From Alphaproteobacteria bacterium (lineage in GTDB: Bacteria; Pseudomonadota; Alphaproteobacteria; SP197): a stretch of DNA of 64,000 bases. Made by a program: the position numbers and the translations under genes. The DNA lies in contig OZ219747.1 of NCBI GenBank assembly GCA_964291265.2, positions 4,320,001 to 4,384,000 of the forward strand, written 5' to 3'. Below the pieces are notes generated by a model. That model had not been told where the DNA came from. It made no database searches and saw nothing but the letters and a program-made list of their open reading frames with translations. How positions within the stretch are numbered: the first letter of the stretch is position 1; the number at the start of each line of letters is the position of its first letter. Below, piece by piece: positions 1-9,863 of the stretch.

Positions 1-50
1 AGGCCGATGCCGTCCACCTTCCCATCATCCTCGAACGCCTCGGTCAGTGA
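1..50 (+). CDS. 3' end of probable DUF4159-domain protein (partial, window edge)
   Basis: Frame from nt 3 reads ADAVHLPIILERLGQ*, resembling the conserved C-terminus (..DQVHVPALLERLGQ) of alphaproteobacterial DUF4159 proteins; GTGA overlap with the next gene. Confidence 0.6.
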   Translation, partial: ADAVHLPIILERLGQ

Positions 51-2125
51 CCATGGGAACAGTCATCGACATTACCTGGGCGCCGCTCCTTCCGGTGCCC
101 TTCGTCGTTCTGGCGGGAAGCCTGATCGCGGGACTCCTGGTGTTCGGTCTGATGCGCGGCATGCCGGGCATGCCGTGGCGCACAGTCGCCGTCGTCGTGA
201 CGCTCCTGGCCCTTCTCAACCCGTCACTCGTCGAGGAGCAAAGGGAGCCTTTGGCGGATCTGGCAGTCGTTCTCGTCGACCGTTCGGCAAGCATGACCCT
301 TGGCGACCGTCCCGCGCTGACCGACAGCGCTGTCGCGGGGCTCGGCACGCGTCTGGCACGCCTCGACAATCTCGAGGTGCGCGTTGTCGAGGCCCTTCCC
401 GAGGCCGGCGAGGGCCCGGTCGATTCGGGTACGCGTCTCATGGGCGTCCTCGCCCGGGCGCTCGCCGATGTTCCGGGCGAATCGGTGTCCGCCGTCATCA
501 TCATCACCGATGGCGCGGTCCACGACGTTCCCGATTCCATGGCCGGCCTGAGGTGGTCGGCACCGCTCCATGTCCTGGTCAGTGGCTACTCGAGCGCCTT
601 CGACAGGAGACTCGAGATCGTGGAGGCGCCCCGCTACGGAGTCGTCGACGAGGCGCTTCCCATCGTCTTCCAGGTGTTCGATCAGGCTGCTGTCGGAACA
701 CCGGTTCTCGTCACCGTCACCACACCCGACGGAGCCACGATTCCCCGCCGCGTCACGGTTGGAGAACGCCACGAGGTGCGCGTCACCCTTTCTCACGCAG
801 GACTTTCCGTCGTGCGTCTCGAGGTCGAGGAAAACCCGGGAGAAATGACCACCGTCAACAACCAGGCGGTGCTGCCGATCAACGGGGTCCGCGAGGACCT
901 GAAGGTCCTTCTGGTCTCCGGAGAGGCCCACACGGGCGAACGCATCTGGCGCAACACCCTGAAGTCGGATCCGGCCGTCGAACTGGTGCACTTCACCATT
1001 CTGCGCCCCCCGGAAAAGCAGGATTCCACCCCCATTCGCGAACTGGCGCTGATCGCCTTCCCGGTCAGGGAACTGTTCGAGGGACAAATCGGCAACTTTG
1101 ACCTCATCATCTTCGACCGCTACCGCAAGAGAGGAGTTATCCCCGAGATTCACTTGCAGAACATTGCCGACTACGTCATGGACGGCGGAGCGATGATGGT
1201 TGCAGCCGGGCCGGACTTCGCCACCGCTCTTGGCCTCCATGAGACTGTTCTTGGCGAACTCATGCCTGCCCGACCCACCGGCACGGTCCATGTCGAACCC
1301 TTCCGTCCCGGCGCCACGGCGGCCGGTCGTCGTCATCCGGTCACCGCCACCCTTGCCGGTGTCGGGGAGGATGTCCCGTCCTGGGGACCCTGGTTCCGTC
1401 ACGTCGAGACCACGGTGACCACCGGCGACGTCCTGCTCGATGGCGCCGGCGGTGCACCCCTGCTCGTCATTTCCCGTGCCGGAGAGGGCCGTGTCGCCCA
1501 GTTGCTCTCCGATCACCTGTGGCTGTGGTCACGCGGCTACGATGGTGGCGGACCGGGCACCGAACTGTTGCGCCGGGTTGCGCACTGGCTCATGCAGGAG
1601 CCGGATCTGGAGGAGAATGCGCTGACGGCCTCCGAGAAGGACGGCCACATCACCGTGGTGCGGCGCAGCATGAACGACGACGATGCCGAGGTCGTCGTCA
1701 CGGCACCCTCGGGCAAGGTGACGACACTTGAACTCGAAACGCTCTCTCCCGGCCGTGCCAGGGGAGACTTCGTGGCCATCGAAACCGGCCTCCATCACGT
1801 CTCGGACGGGAACATGACGACCTGGATCGGTGTCGGCAGCCACAACCCCCTGGAATGGCGCGACCCGCGACCCACGAGCGCGCACCTGCAGCCTCTGGTC
1901 GAGGAATCGGGAGGACACCTGTCATGGATCGCCCATGACCCCCTACCCACGGTTCGCCGGGTGACAGCCGGACATGACATGAGCGGTCCAGGGTGGATCG
2001 GCCTCGTTGACCACAACCGCCATGTGGTACGCGGCATCGACCTTCTGGCCCTCATGCCGGCGTGGCTTGTTCTCCTTGCCTTCATGACCGGACTGGCCGC
2101 CGCATGGCGCGCCGAGGGACGCTGA
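47..2125 (+). CDS. Conserved membrane protein with vWA-like and class I glutamine-amidotransferase-like domains (MoxR/DUF58/DUF4159 operon member)
   Basis: 692 aa; N- and C-terminal TM helices; vWA-like DRSASM...ITDG; conserved WRNTLKSDPAVELVHFTILRPPEKQD and ELLRRVAHWLM motifs. Confidence 0.8.
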   Translation: MTMGTVIDITWAPLLPVPFVVLAGSLIAGLLVFGLMRGMPGMPWRTVAVVVTLLALLNPSLVEEQREPLADLAVVLVDRSASMTLGDRPALTDSAVAGLGTRLARLDNLEVRVVEALPEAGEGPVDSGTRLMGVLARALADVPGESVSAVIIITDGAVHDVPDSMAGLRWSAPLHVLVSGYSSAFDRRLEIVEAPRYGVVDEALPIVFQVFDQAAVGTPVLVTVTTPDGATIPRRVTVGERHEVRVTLSHAGLSVVRLEVEENPGEMTTVNNQAVLPINGVREDLKVLLVSGEAHTGERIWRNTLKSDPAVELVHFTILRPPEKQDSTPIRELALIAFPVRELFEGQIGNFDLIIFDRYRKRGVIPEIHLQNIADYVMDGGAMMVAAGPDFATALGLHETVLGELMPARPTGTVHVEPFRPGATAAGRRHPVTATLAGVGEDVPSWGPWFRHVETTVTTGDVLLDGAGGAPLLVISRAGEGRVAQLLSDHLWLWSRGYDGGGPGTELLRRVAHWLMQEPDLEENALTASEKDGHITVVRRSMNDDDAEVVVTAPSGKVTTLELETLSPGRARGDFVAIETGLHHVSDGNMTTWIGVGSHNPLEWRDPRPTSAHLQPLVEESGGHLSWIAHDPLPTVRRVTAGHDMSGPGWIGLVDHNRHVVRGIDLLALMPAWLVLLAFMTGLAAAWRAEGR

Positions 2126-2383
2126 CCGGACCACGGGCATCACCGGACTCCGACACCGTGCAGACCACCTCCGATCCTTCCGGGCAACGCGCGCCCGTGA
2201 CGGGAGGTCACTCGGGCCTGGCCGCGAGAGGTCGCACGGCCCGGCCGAACGGCATGTTGCGAGGGAGGACATCGCGGCGCTCGGCGCCCTCGCCGCCCGT
2301 CACGACTTCAAGGGCGCCCAAGGACCGCCGGACATGATCGTCGCGCGTTTCGTCGTGCTCACCGGCGGGCTGGTCTGGGCACG

Positions 2384-3649
2384 TCACATTGACATGCCTG
2401 GCCCGGTCCCCGACGCCCCGTATTCGACGAGGCGCGCGCGCAGCGAGGGAATCGGGCAGGAGTAGCTCCGGGACTCGTGGTCCTGGTGGAACACTCCCCT
2501 GTGGACCAGGTGCCGCAAGAAGGACTCCGGGGTCATGCCCTCCGGCAAGCGCCAGCCACGGCTTCTTTCTCCGTTCTCCACCGACAGGGCCACGAGCACT
2601 TCGCTGACCTCCGTGGCATGCACCGGTCCCTCCGGCAGTTGCGCCATCAACCCGGCGACGAGGAACCGGCTGTCGTCCATCTCCGGCGAGATGCGGAGCA
2701 TGTATGACCGTTCGCGCCGCTCCGCCTCCAGGCCGGCCACCGCACCGGCATCGACATCGCCGAGCCGCCCGCCGGCGGCGGCCAGCCCTTCCGCCAGCGC
2801 GCACATGCCGTTGTGCAGGTGCTGCGCCCAGCCCTCACTGCACTCGTCGAGCCGCCGCACCCAGGCGCGACGCTGCCCCTTCGTCCCTGCCACGCGGAAG
2901 CTGTCGAACATCGCCGTGACGGCATCCGAGACATGCTCGGCCGACAGCGCGCCCAGGCCGAAGGTGGACTTGTCGCTCAGGCGTGAGACGCCGATGGAAA
3001 CCAGGGCCTCGCTCGAGGAACCGAGGCCGGCGAGCACCGGCACGACGGGCAGGCCGTGCTCGCCCAGGTGCAGCTGCTCCAGGACATCCGCGGCGTCGCG
3101 GCGCACGTTCTGGATCTCGTCGACCATCAGGCAGACCGGGCGCGGCCAGTCCTTCCCCGGAAGCACCCGAGCCAGTTCGCGAAGGGACAGCCGCGCCGGG
3201 GCCGTGACCGTGCCCGTGCGCCCCTTCATGCCGAACCAGCCTGCGATGCCGAAGCCGGTCTCGGTGTCGGCCGAAGCGGCGGCCCGGCTCCTTTCCTCAA
3301 GGCCAGGAGCAATGGCTCTGAGGAGCTCGCGCACCACCTCCTCTTCGGAGGACAGAACCGGGCGCGGGATCCGCACCGGGAGTGGAGTGTCCTGCCCCGC
3401 ATCACCGGCGGTCCAGAGCGCCTCCATCCGCGAAAGCAGGGCGGTCTTGCCCGCCCCCGGTGCGCCGTGTATCAGCAACGTCGCGCCCTCGAACCGCCCC
3501 GTGCCTTCCGTCATCGCCACGAGGGCGTTGGCGCACTCCGTCCCAACTCGCCCGATCTCCCGGGTGCGGCCCGCGAAGAACATCGCGCTGCGGCGGTCCC
3601 TGCGTTCCGCAAACGCCGCCAGGCCCTCGATGTCAGGTCCCCCCGCCAT
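2384..3649 (-). CDS. Stand-alone P-loop ATPase (AAA_16/STAND-like) with probable C-terminal wHTH
   Basis: FFAGRTREI pre-Walker motif, Walker A GAPGAGKT, Walker B LMVDE; purine-rich SD (AAAGGAGG) upstream of ATG 3649. Confidence 0.75.
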   Translation of the reverse strand: MAGGPDIEGLAAFAERRDRRSAMFFAGRTREIGRVGTECANALVAMTEGTGRFEGATLLIHGAPGAGKTALLSRMEALWTAGDAGQDTPLPVRIPRPVLSSEEEVVRELLRAIAPGLEERSRAAASADTETGFGIAGWFGMKGRTGTVTAPARLSLRELARVLPGKDWPRPVCLMVDEIQNVRRDAADVLEQLHLGEHGLPVVPVLAGLGSSSEALVSIGVSRLSDKSTFGLGALSAEHVSDAVTAMFDSFRVAGTKGQRRAWVRRLDECSEGWAQHLHNGMCALAEGLAAAGGRLGDVDAGAVAGLEAERRERSYMLRISPEMDDSRFLVAGLMAQLPEGPVHATEVSEVLVALSVENGERSRGWRLPEGMTPESFLRHLVHRGVFHQDHESRSYSCPIPSLRARLVEYGASGTGPGMSM

Positions 3650-3899
3650 GGCGCCGCCTCCTTTCCGGTTGCCTCCAAGCTAACACGGGCAAGACAGGTC
3701 CCGAAGGGTGCAGACCCGCGGCCGGGCTCTCCGTCTCGTCGGCGTCGCGCCCTGAAGAGGTTTCCTGCCGGCAGGTTTCCAGGCTCTTGCGAATCGACAG
3801 GACGGGACCGCGGCACATCCTGAGGAAACGGCCGGCGCGGACGCGCGTGCAACCCATGGCTGCCCGGCGTCAGGAGGAAGCAAGCGTCGATCGACGTGG

Positions 3900-4421
3900 T
3901 CAGAAGCTGACGAGAGAGTGGCAGGGAACGCCGAGTTGGCGGATGCGGTCGGCGCCGCCGAGAGCTGGGAGATCGATCACGAAGCAGGCACCGACGATGT
4001 TGGCGTTGGCCCGGCGCAGCAGGCGAACGGCGGCCATCGCGGTGCCGCCGGTAGCGATCAGGTCGTCCGCCAGCAAAACCCGTGCGCCTTCCCGGACGGC
4101 GTCATCGTGGATCTCGATCCGGTCGATGCCGTACTCGAGCTCGTAATCCTCGCCGATGGCGCGGCGGGGCAGCTTGCCCTTCTTGCGTACGGCGACAAGG
4201 GCTGCCTGCAACCTGCAGGCAACGGCGCCACCGGGAATGAACCCCCGCGCCTCGATGGCAGCGACCACGTCGACGGCGGAATCGACAAAGGGGGCCGTCA
4301 TGCCGTCGACCGCGTGGGCGAAGCCGGCGCCATGGGCAAAGAGGGTCGTGACGTCGCGGAACATGACCCCCTCGCGGGGGAAATCGGGAATGGTGCGGAT
4401 GAGGGGACGAAGGTCCATCAT
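3900..4421 (-). CDS. apt: Adenine phosphoribosyltransferase
   Basis: IRTIPDFPREGVMFRD, EARGF, RKKGKLP, PRPP-binding LADDLIATGGT. Confidence 0.96.
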   Translation of the reverse strand: MMDLRPLIRTIPDFPREGVMFRDVTTLFAHGAGFAHAVDGMTAPFVDSAVDVVAAIEARGFIPGGAVACRLQAALVAVRKKGKLPRRAIGEDYELEYGIDRIEIHDDAVREGARVLLADDLIATGGTAMAAVRLLRRANANIVGACFVIDLPALGGADRIRQLGVPCHSLVSF

Positions 4422-5296
4422 CAGGTCCCGAGAACACGCCCGGCAACCGCGTCGAGCCGGGCGATCAGGTGACCCTCACGGGCATCCGGCCGGGTGATGA
4501 TGGCATGATCAAGGGCCCGATCACAGCCGTGCGGGCATGGATGGTCGATGCCGGCCATCAGAGGCACGAGGGCCCTGACCAGGCGCCTTGCGTTGCCGGC
4601 ATTGGCCAGCAATACGCCGATGACCTGTTCGACGGTGACGGCATCATGGTCCTCGTGCCAGCAATCGTAGTCCGTCACCATGCCGACGGTGACATGGCAG
4701 AGCTCGGCCTCCCGTGCGAGGCGCGCCTCCGGCATGGCCGTCATGCCGATGACATCCATGCCCCATGACCTGAAGAGATGCGATTCCGCCAGCGTCGAGA
4801 ACTGGGGTCCCTCGATGCAGATGTAGGTACCGCCCCGAACCATGTGAATGCCGGCCGTCGTACCGGCCTGCGTCACCTGGTTCGCCAGGCGTTCGCAGGT
4901 CGGGTGCGCAAGCGAGACATGGGCCACACACCCCTCGCCGAAGAAACTCCTCGTACGGTTCACCGTGCGGTCGACATACTGATCACACACCACGAAGGTG
5001 CCGGGCGGGAGGTCCTCCCTCAGCGAACCGACCGCAGCCACCGAGACGAGGTCGGTGACGCCGGTGCGCTTCAGGGCGTCGATGTTGGCGCGCGCGTTGA
5101 TGCCGGTGGGAGAAACATGATGCCCGCGACCGTGACGCGGCAGGAACACCACGTCGAGGCCGTCCATCCCACCGCGCAGCAACTGATCCGATGGCGCCCC
5201 CCAGGGTGTGTCGACCGTCACCCATTCGGCATCCTCGAGACCGTCGATTTCGTAGACACCGCTCCCGCCGAGGACGCCGAGAACGGTGCCGCTCAC
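4421..5296 (-). CDS. mtnP: S-methyl-5'-thioadenosine phosphorylase
   Basis: GVLGGSG, FLPRHGRGH, EGPQFSTLAES, GMTAMPEARLAREAE, VTDYDCW; probable GTG start at 5296 overlapping the dyp stop. Confidence 0.93.
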   Translation of the reverse strand: MSGTVLGVLGGSGVYEIDGLEDAEWVTVDTPWGAPSDQLLRGGMDGLDVVFLPRHGRGHHVSPTGINARANIDALKRTGVTDLVSVAAVGSLREDLPPGTFVVCDQYVDRTVNRTRSFFGEGCVAHVSLAHPTCERLANQVTQAGTTAGIHMVRGGTYICIEGPQFSTLAESHLFRSWGMDVIGMTAMPEARLAREAELCHVTVGMVTDYDCWHEDHDAVTVEQVIGVLLANAGNARRLVRALVPLMAGIDHPCPHGCDRALDHAIITRPDAREGHLIARLDAVAGRVLGT

Positions 5297-6159
5297 GGGC
5301 GACACTCCGGCAGGACGAGAGAGCCGTCAAGCACGGGCGGACACCAGAACAGGCTGCCGGTCACCGGGCGCGTGAAGCCGAAGAGGGCGTCGACGATACC
5401 GTCATCGAGACCCGCCATGCGCCGCATCTGCGCAACGAACGGATCGACTGTGGCGGTGAACGACACGAACATCAACCCCTCCCCCGTGGAGTCGGCCCAA
5501 GGCATCGAACGACGCAACAGGAAGGCCTCGGGTTCGAAGTCCTCCTGCGCCGTGCGGGAAACATGGGCGGCGGGGGGAGCGTCGTCGAGTTCCTCGTTGT
5601 CGTCGAGACGCCGGCCGATGATGCGATCCCGCACGCCGGGCCGATGCGAGGCGAAGAGGTCGAGATCATGCATCCACTGCTGCACTGCAACGAAGCTCCC
5701 GCCATCTGCGCCGCAGGCGGCGGCAACGGCGTCATCTCCCTTGGGGTTCTCGGTGCCATCCTCGTAGCCGGTGAGATCGCGGCCATCCCGATAACGGAAA
5801 CCGTCGACCATGCGCTCGATCCCGAACGCATCGGCCACCTCGCGTTCGATGGCACGGGCGTTCAGAAGGATCTCGCCGGGATCCTCGCCCCTCACCCATG
5901 CCCACAGGTCCGACTGCGTCGACGGTACCTCGCAGCCGGGTCCGGTGAATGCCGGAAAGGACATATGTCCGGGAATGGCGGCGCCGAGGCCGGCGAGCAG
6001 ACCCGGACCAAGGCCGATCACCGCACCGCGGCCCACGCTGATGCCAGCGAGATCACGCAACACCGCGGCCACAGGCACGTCCCCGGGACGCCGGTGGAAC
6101 TCCAAGTATCGGGCATGGGACGGGATGCCGTCGAGGATCCCTGGCTGGGGAATGGACAT
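5293..6159 (-). CDS. Dyp-type peroxidase
   Basis: QPGIL N-terminus, GRDLTGYEDGTENP (GxxDG), proximal His in AHV, LRRSMPW, FTRPVTGSLFWCPP; start at ATG 6159. Confidence 0.92.
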   Translation of the reverse strand: MSIPQPGILDGIPSHARYLEFHRRPGDVPVAAVLRDLAGISVGRGAVIGLGPGLLAGLGAAIPGHMSFPAFTGPGCEVPSTQSDLWAWVRGEDPGEILLNARAIEREVADAFGIERMVDGFRYRDGRDLTGYEDGTENPKGDDAVAAACGADGGSFVAVQQWMHDLDLFASHRPGVRDRIIGRRLDDNEELDDAPPAAHVSRTAQEDFEPEAFLLRRSMPWADSTGEGLMFVSFTATVDPFVAQMRRMAGLDDGIVDALFGFTRPVTGSLFWCPPVLDGSLVLPECRP

Positions 6160-6231
6160 GGTTGCGAACCTATCGCAATGGAACGCAGAATCAAGGCATG
6201 TCGTGACCGCACGTTGCGCTATCATGCAGGT

Positions 6232-7446
6232 ATGCCTGCCCGCCTGTCACTCGATGCCCGGACCGCGCGTCGCCTGCTTCTTCACCTCCAGGGACTAGGC
6301 GAATCGCCCGGGGGGAAACTTGACCGACCGGGGTTGTTGTCGCTGATCCAGCGCATGGGATTCGTGCAGCTCGACAGCATTTCCACCGTGGAAAGGGCCC
6401 ACCATCTCACGCTCCATTCGCGCAACCGGAACTATCGCAGGGAAGACCTCGCGGCGCTTCTGGAAGGCGACCGCTGTCTCTTCGAGCACTGGACCCACGA
6501 TGCCAGCGCCATTCCTCTTTCATGGTTTGCACACTGGAAACCGCGATTTGTCCGCATGGCGACAAGTCTCGAGGACAGCGCCTGGTTCCGGGGCCGTATC
6601 GGTGACGATCCCTCCCATGTCGTGGCACGTGTACTCGAGCGGATCACCGTGCACGGCCCGACGATGTCACGGGAACTCGCCGATGAGGCGGGCGGACGAA
6701 ATGAACCCTGGTGGGGCTGGAAACCGGCCAAGGCGGCCCTGGAATACCTGTGGTGGAAGGGAACCATCCAGGTGGTGCGGCGTCAGAACTTCCAGAAGGT
6801 GTACGACCTCACCGAGCGGGTGATCCCCGGTGACGTTCTCAACCAGGACGTGTCGACCGGAGAACACCTCGACTGGGCCTGCTCATCGGCACTGGATCGC
6901 CTGGGCACCGCGACTCCAGGGGAGATTGCCGCGTTCTGGGATGCCGTCTCCCCGCACGATGTCAGGCGGTGGGCCGCAGCCAACCACCACCGCCTGATGA
7001 CCGTCGAGGTTCAGGGGTTCGCCGCCGGCGCACCGAAGACTTCCCTTGCATGGACCCATGTCGAGGACACCCTCGTCCATCTCAGCCCTCCCCCTGCAAG
7101 CCTGCGGTTCCTGAGCCCGTTCGATCCGGTGCTGCGCGACCGCCGCCGCGCCCTGCGCCTGTTCGGTTTCGACTACCGTTTCGAAGCCTTCGTTCCCAAG
7201 GCCAGGCGGCGCTACGGGTACTACGTGCTGCCGATCCTCGAGGGCGATCGCCTGACAGGGCGCGCCTCGATGAAGTTTCATCGATCGACCGGTGAACTGG
7301 CGATCGAGGGGCTGTGGTGGGAACCTGGTATCGTCGAGGGCAAGAGGCGGCGCGCGGCACTCGACGCCGCACTCGCGCGTCTCGGCCGCTTTCTTGGCGC
7401 CACGTCCCTCCGTCATCCCTCCGGGAGATCTTCGAACCGTGCATGA
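6232..7446 (+). CDS. YcaQ/AlkZ-family (HTH_42) winged-helix crosslink-repair DNA glycosylase
   Basis: QLDSI (QxD) catalytic motif, FEHWTHDAS, LSPFDP, YRFEAFVPKARRRYGYYVLPIL; true start at ATG 6232 inside the longer listed ORF. Confidence 0.88.
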   Translation: MPARLSLDARTARRLLLHLQGLGESPGGKLDRPGLLSLIQRMGFVQLDSISTVERAHHLTLHSRNRNYRREDLAALLEGDRCLFEHWTHDASAIPLSWFAHWKPRFVRMATSLEDSAWFRGRIGDDPSHVVARVLERITVHGPTMSRELADEAGGRNEPWWGWKPAKAALEYLWWKGTIQVVRRQNFQKVYDLTERVIPGDVLNQDVSTGEHLDWACSSALDRLGTATPGEIAAFWDAVSPHDVRRWAAANHHRLMTVEVQGFAAGAPKTSLAWTHVEDTLVHLSPPPASLRFLSPFDPVLRDRRRALRLFGFDYRFEAFVPKARRRYGYYVLPILEGDRLTGRASMKFHRSTGELAIEGLWWEPGIVEGKRRRAALDAALARLGRFLGATSLRHPSGRSSNRA

Positions 7447-7963
7447 TCGACCGCGTCTCGTTCCTGATGATTTCAACGTTCCGGCCACGCTCGAACATCC
7501 CCGCTTTCGTCTGCGCATGCTGACGGTGAACGATCTCGTCAGGGATTACGACGCCGTCATGTCGAGCGTCGATCACCTGCGCTCGACCTACTCGCAGGAG
7601 AGCGGCAGCGACTGGCCCGCCGGCCTCACCCTGGAGGGTGACCTCGTCGATCTCGGCTGGCATCAGCGCGAATTCATCCTGCGCATCTCCTTTGCCTACA
7701 CGATGATGGCTCCCGACGAGAGCCGCTGCCTGGGCTGCGTCTACATCATGCCGACACTCAAGCGCGACCACGACGCGAAGGTGACGATGTGGGTCCGGGC
7801 CGACGAGCTCGCCAGCGGCCTCGACGATGTGCTCTACGCCACGGTCCGCTGCTGGATCACCACCACATGGCCCTTCCACTCACCGGCCTTTCCGGGCCGC
7901 GATATACCGTTTCCCGACTGGCACCGCCTGCCGGCCATCTCGCCGGAGCCAGCCGCCGGCTGA
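7439..7963 (+). CDS. GNAT-like N-acetyltransferase family protein
   Basis: VPDDFNVP...DYDAVMSS...WP...DLGWHQREF...FAYT...CLGCVYI motif string; GTG start overlapping the upstream gene. Confidence 0.7.
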   Translation: MHDRPRLVPDDFNVPATLEHPRFRLRMLTVNDLVRDYDAVMSSVDHLRSTYSQESGSDWPAGLTLEGDLVDLGWHQREFILRISFAYTMMAPDESRCLGCVYIMPTLKRDHDAKVTMWVRADELASGLDDVLYATVRCWITTTWPFHSPAFPGRDIPFPDWHRLPAISPEPAAG

Positions 7964-8023
7964 GACGATGCGGCGGTCCACCAGGGAAGCCGGACTGCGG
8001 ACCGCATACTCCGTCTTCGCCGT

Positions 8024-8998
8024 TCAGGCCAGGGCCTCACGCATCGAGACGAGAATGGCGTGCCGATCGTCGCGCGCGGCAAGCGCTTCTTCCATGTTGA
8101 CCTCGACAAAGCGTGTTTCCATGTTGGGTTGCAGCTGGCCGATGAGATCCATGTCGGCCGAAATGATCGTGCCGATCATGAAGTACCCCCCACCCGAAAC
8201 CGCATCGCGATGCAGGATGATGGGTTCGGTCCCACTTGGAACCTGGACCGAACCGTAGGGATAGCAGGCGTCGGTGATGTTCGAGGGATCCGATCCTGCG
8301 CCGAAGGGCTGCTGTCGTTCGACGAACTCCATGGTGCGGCCGCCCTGAAACCGGTATCCCATGCGATCGGCCTCGTTGGCGACTTTCCAGGAATCCTCGA
8401 AGAACGCGCGCTGCGAAGCCCCGGTGATCCGGTGCCAGTAGAGTCCCGGCAACATCCTCAGCTCACTGGACGGCCCGGGTCCCCTGTGAAGTGCCCGGGG
8501 CACGGACAGCCCGGCACGCCCGGATGCTCTCTCCCTTCCGATGGGCAGGGTGTCGCCCGACACCAGCGCCCGTCCCTCGTAACCCCCAAGAGCGCCAATG
8601 GCGTAGGTCGACCGGCTTCCAAGGGCGAGTGGCGTCGCGATACCGCCGGACACCGCGATGTAGGCGCGAGCGCCGGATCTCAGAAAATCGAATCCTAGCT
8701 TGTCACCCGGCCTGACATCAAAGGCGGTCCAGCATGGTTGTTCCACGCCATTGAGAAGGGGAGGAAGGTGCGCGCCCGTGACGGCAACGGTGACATACTC
8801 GGTGAACTCGAGATCAGGCCCCATGAAGACGGCTTCCAGGCCGGCAGCGCCTTCCGGGTTGCCGACGAGAAGGTTGGCGGCGATGAGTGCGAGCCGGTCC
8901 ATCGCGCCTCCCATGGGAATGCCGAGGTGGTAGTAGCCCGGTCGACCGAGATCCTGAATTGTCGTGAGGATGCCCGGCGAAGTGACGTTAATCGGCAT
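8024..8998 (-). CDS. Carboxyltransferase subdomain A/B (AHS2; PxpC/KipA-like)
   Basis: PGILTTIQDLGRPG, GGAMD, ANLLVGN, GSRST, DRMGYR, GSVQVP, GGY. Confidence 0.88.
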   Translation of the reverse strand: MPINVTSPGILTTIQDLGRPGYYHLGIPMGGAMDRLALIAANLLVGNPEGAAGLEAVFMGPDLEFTEYVTVAVTGAHLPPLLNGVEQPCWTAFDVRPGDKLGFDFLRSGARAYIAVSGGIATPLALGSRSTYAIGALGGYEGRALVSGDTLPIGRERASGRAGLSVPRALHRGPGPSSELRMLPGLYWHRITGASQRAFFEDSWKVANEADRMGYRFQGGRTMEFVERQQPFGAGSDPSNITDACYPYGSVQVPSGTEPIILHRDAVSGGGYFMIGTIISADMDLIGQLQPNMETRFVEVNMEEALAARDDRHAILVSMREALA

Positions 8999-9863
8999 AC
9001 AGAACCTCCATCAGCCTGGCGTTTGTCCCGTCGATATCGGCGTTGAACTCCTCCAGATCGAAGGTCACCCGACGCACACGTGGTTCGAAACGACCCTCGG
9101 CAACCGCTTCCAGCGCCTGATCGTAGGCGTCCCGGTCAATGGGACTCCATCTCACGATGTCACCCGGACGGAAGAACACCATGAAATCCTTTAGATAACT
9201 CACTTCCTGTTCAGGATCGTAGATCGGCATCGGAGTGATGCCGAACATCTGGTATCCACCGGCGCCACGAACGGAATAGATACAGGAGAAACAACCACCG
9301 TACCCCACGGTCAGCTTGGGTGTGTCCGTGCGCGGGCGGAGATACTTCGGCACCTCTATCTGACGTGCCCTTTCCACCATCTGATAGAGGAACGGCAGAC
9401 CGGAAACGAAACCAACCATCGACACGAACCACGGTGCACCGGAATGAGCCGCGACAAAGTCGTCCACACGTTCAAAGCCATTGATCCTGGACGCGAACTC
9501 GATGTCGGTGCTGCCTGGCTCCTGGTGCCGCTCACGAAATCGCATCAACGTCTCGTGCGTCCAGGGATCCTGGTAGTACACCGGGACTTCGATGATTCTC
9601 GTATCGAGCCTGGTGTCCGTGCGCGACGCGTCTGCCTCGATTTCCTTCACCATTCCGAGCAAGCGTGTGGGGTGAATGCGATCCGGATCAAACTTGATCT
9701 GGAACGAGGCGTTGGCGGGACAAATCTCCGTCACTCCGTCAACCCCGGCATCGCGAAGGACATTCGTGATGGCAAGCGAGACAAAAAACGCTTCGAGTGA
9801 CATGGCCTCGTCGACCTCGACGAACAGATGTTCGTCACCACCAAACGTATATCTGCAGGTCAT
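8988..9863 (-). CDS. Carboxyltransferase subdomain C/D (AHS1; PxpB/KipI-like)
   Basis: GDEHLFVE, EVPVYY, MVGFVSGLPFL, PRTDTP, GGYQMFGITP, FRPGD. Confidence 0.88.
   Translation of the reverse strand: MTCRYTFGGDEHLFVEVDEAMSLEAFFVSLAITNVLRDAGVDGVTEICPANASFQIKFDPDRIHPTRLLGMVKEIEADASRTDTRLDTRIIEVPVYYQDPWTHETLMRFRERHQEPGSTDIEFASRINGFERVDDFVAAHSGAPWFVSMVGFVSGLPFLYQMVERARQIEVPKYLRPRTDTPKLTVGYGGCFSCIYSVRGAGGYQMFGITPMPIYDPEQEVSYLKDFMVFFRPGDIVRWSPIDRDAYDQALEAVAEGRFEPRVRRVTFDLEEFNADIDGTNARLMEVLYAD

Noticed and set aside
5293-5340. Encapsulin cargo-loading peptide on the Dyp peroxidase
   Set aside because: The C-terminus DGSLVLPECRP only weakly resembles GSLxIGSL, and no encapsulin gene is adjacent.
5191-6231. 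N-terminal 347 aa of the 751-aa ORF suggesting a YcaQ fusion
   Set aside because: It is the antisense of the dyp gene; YcaQ homology starts at ATG 6232.
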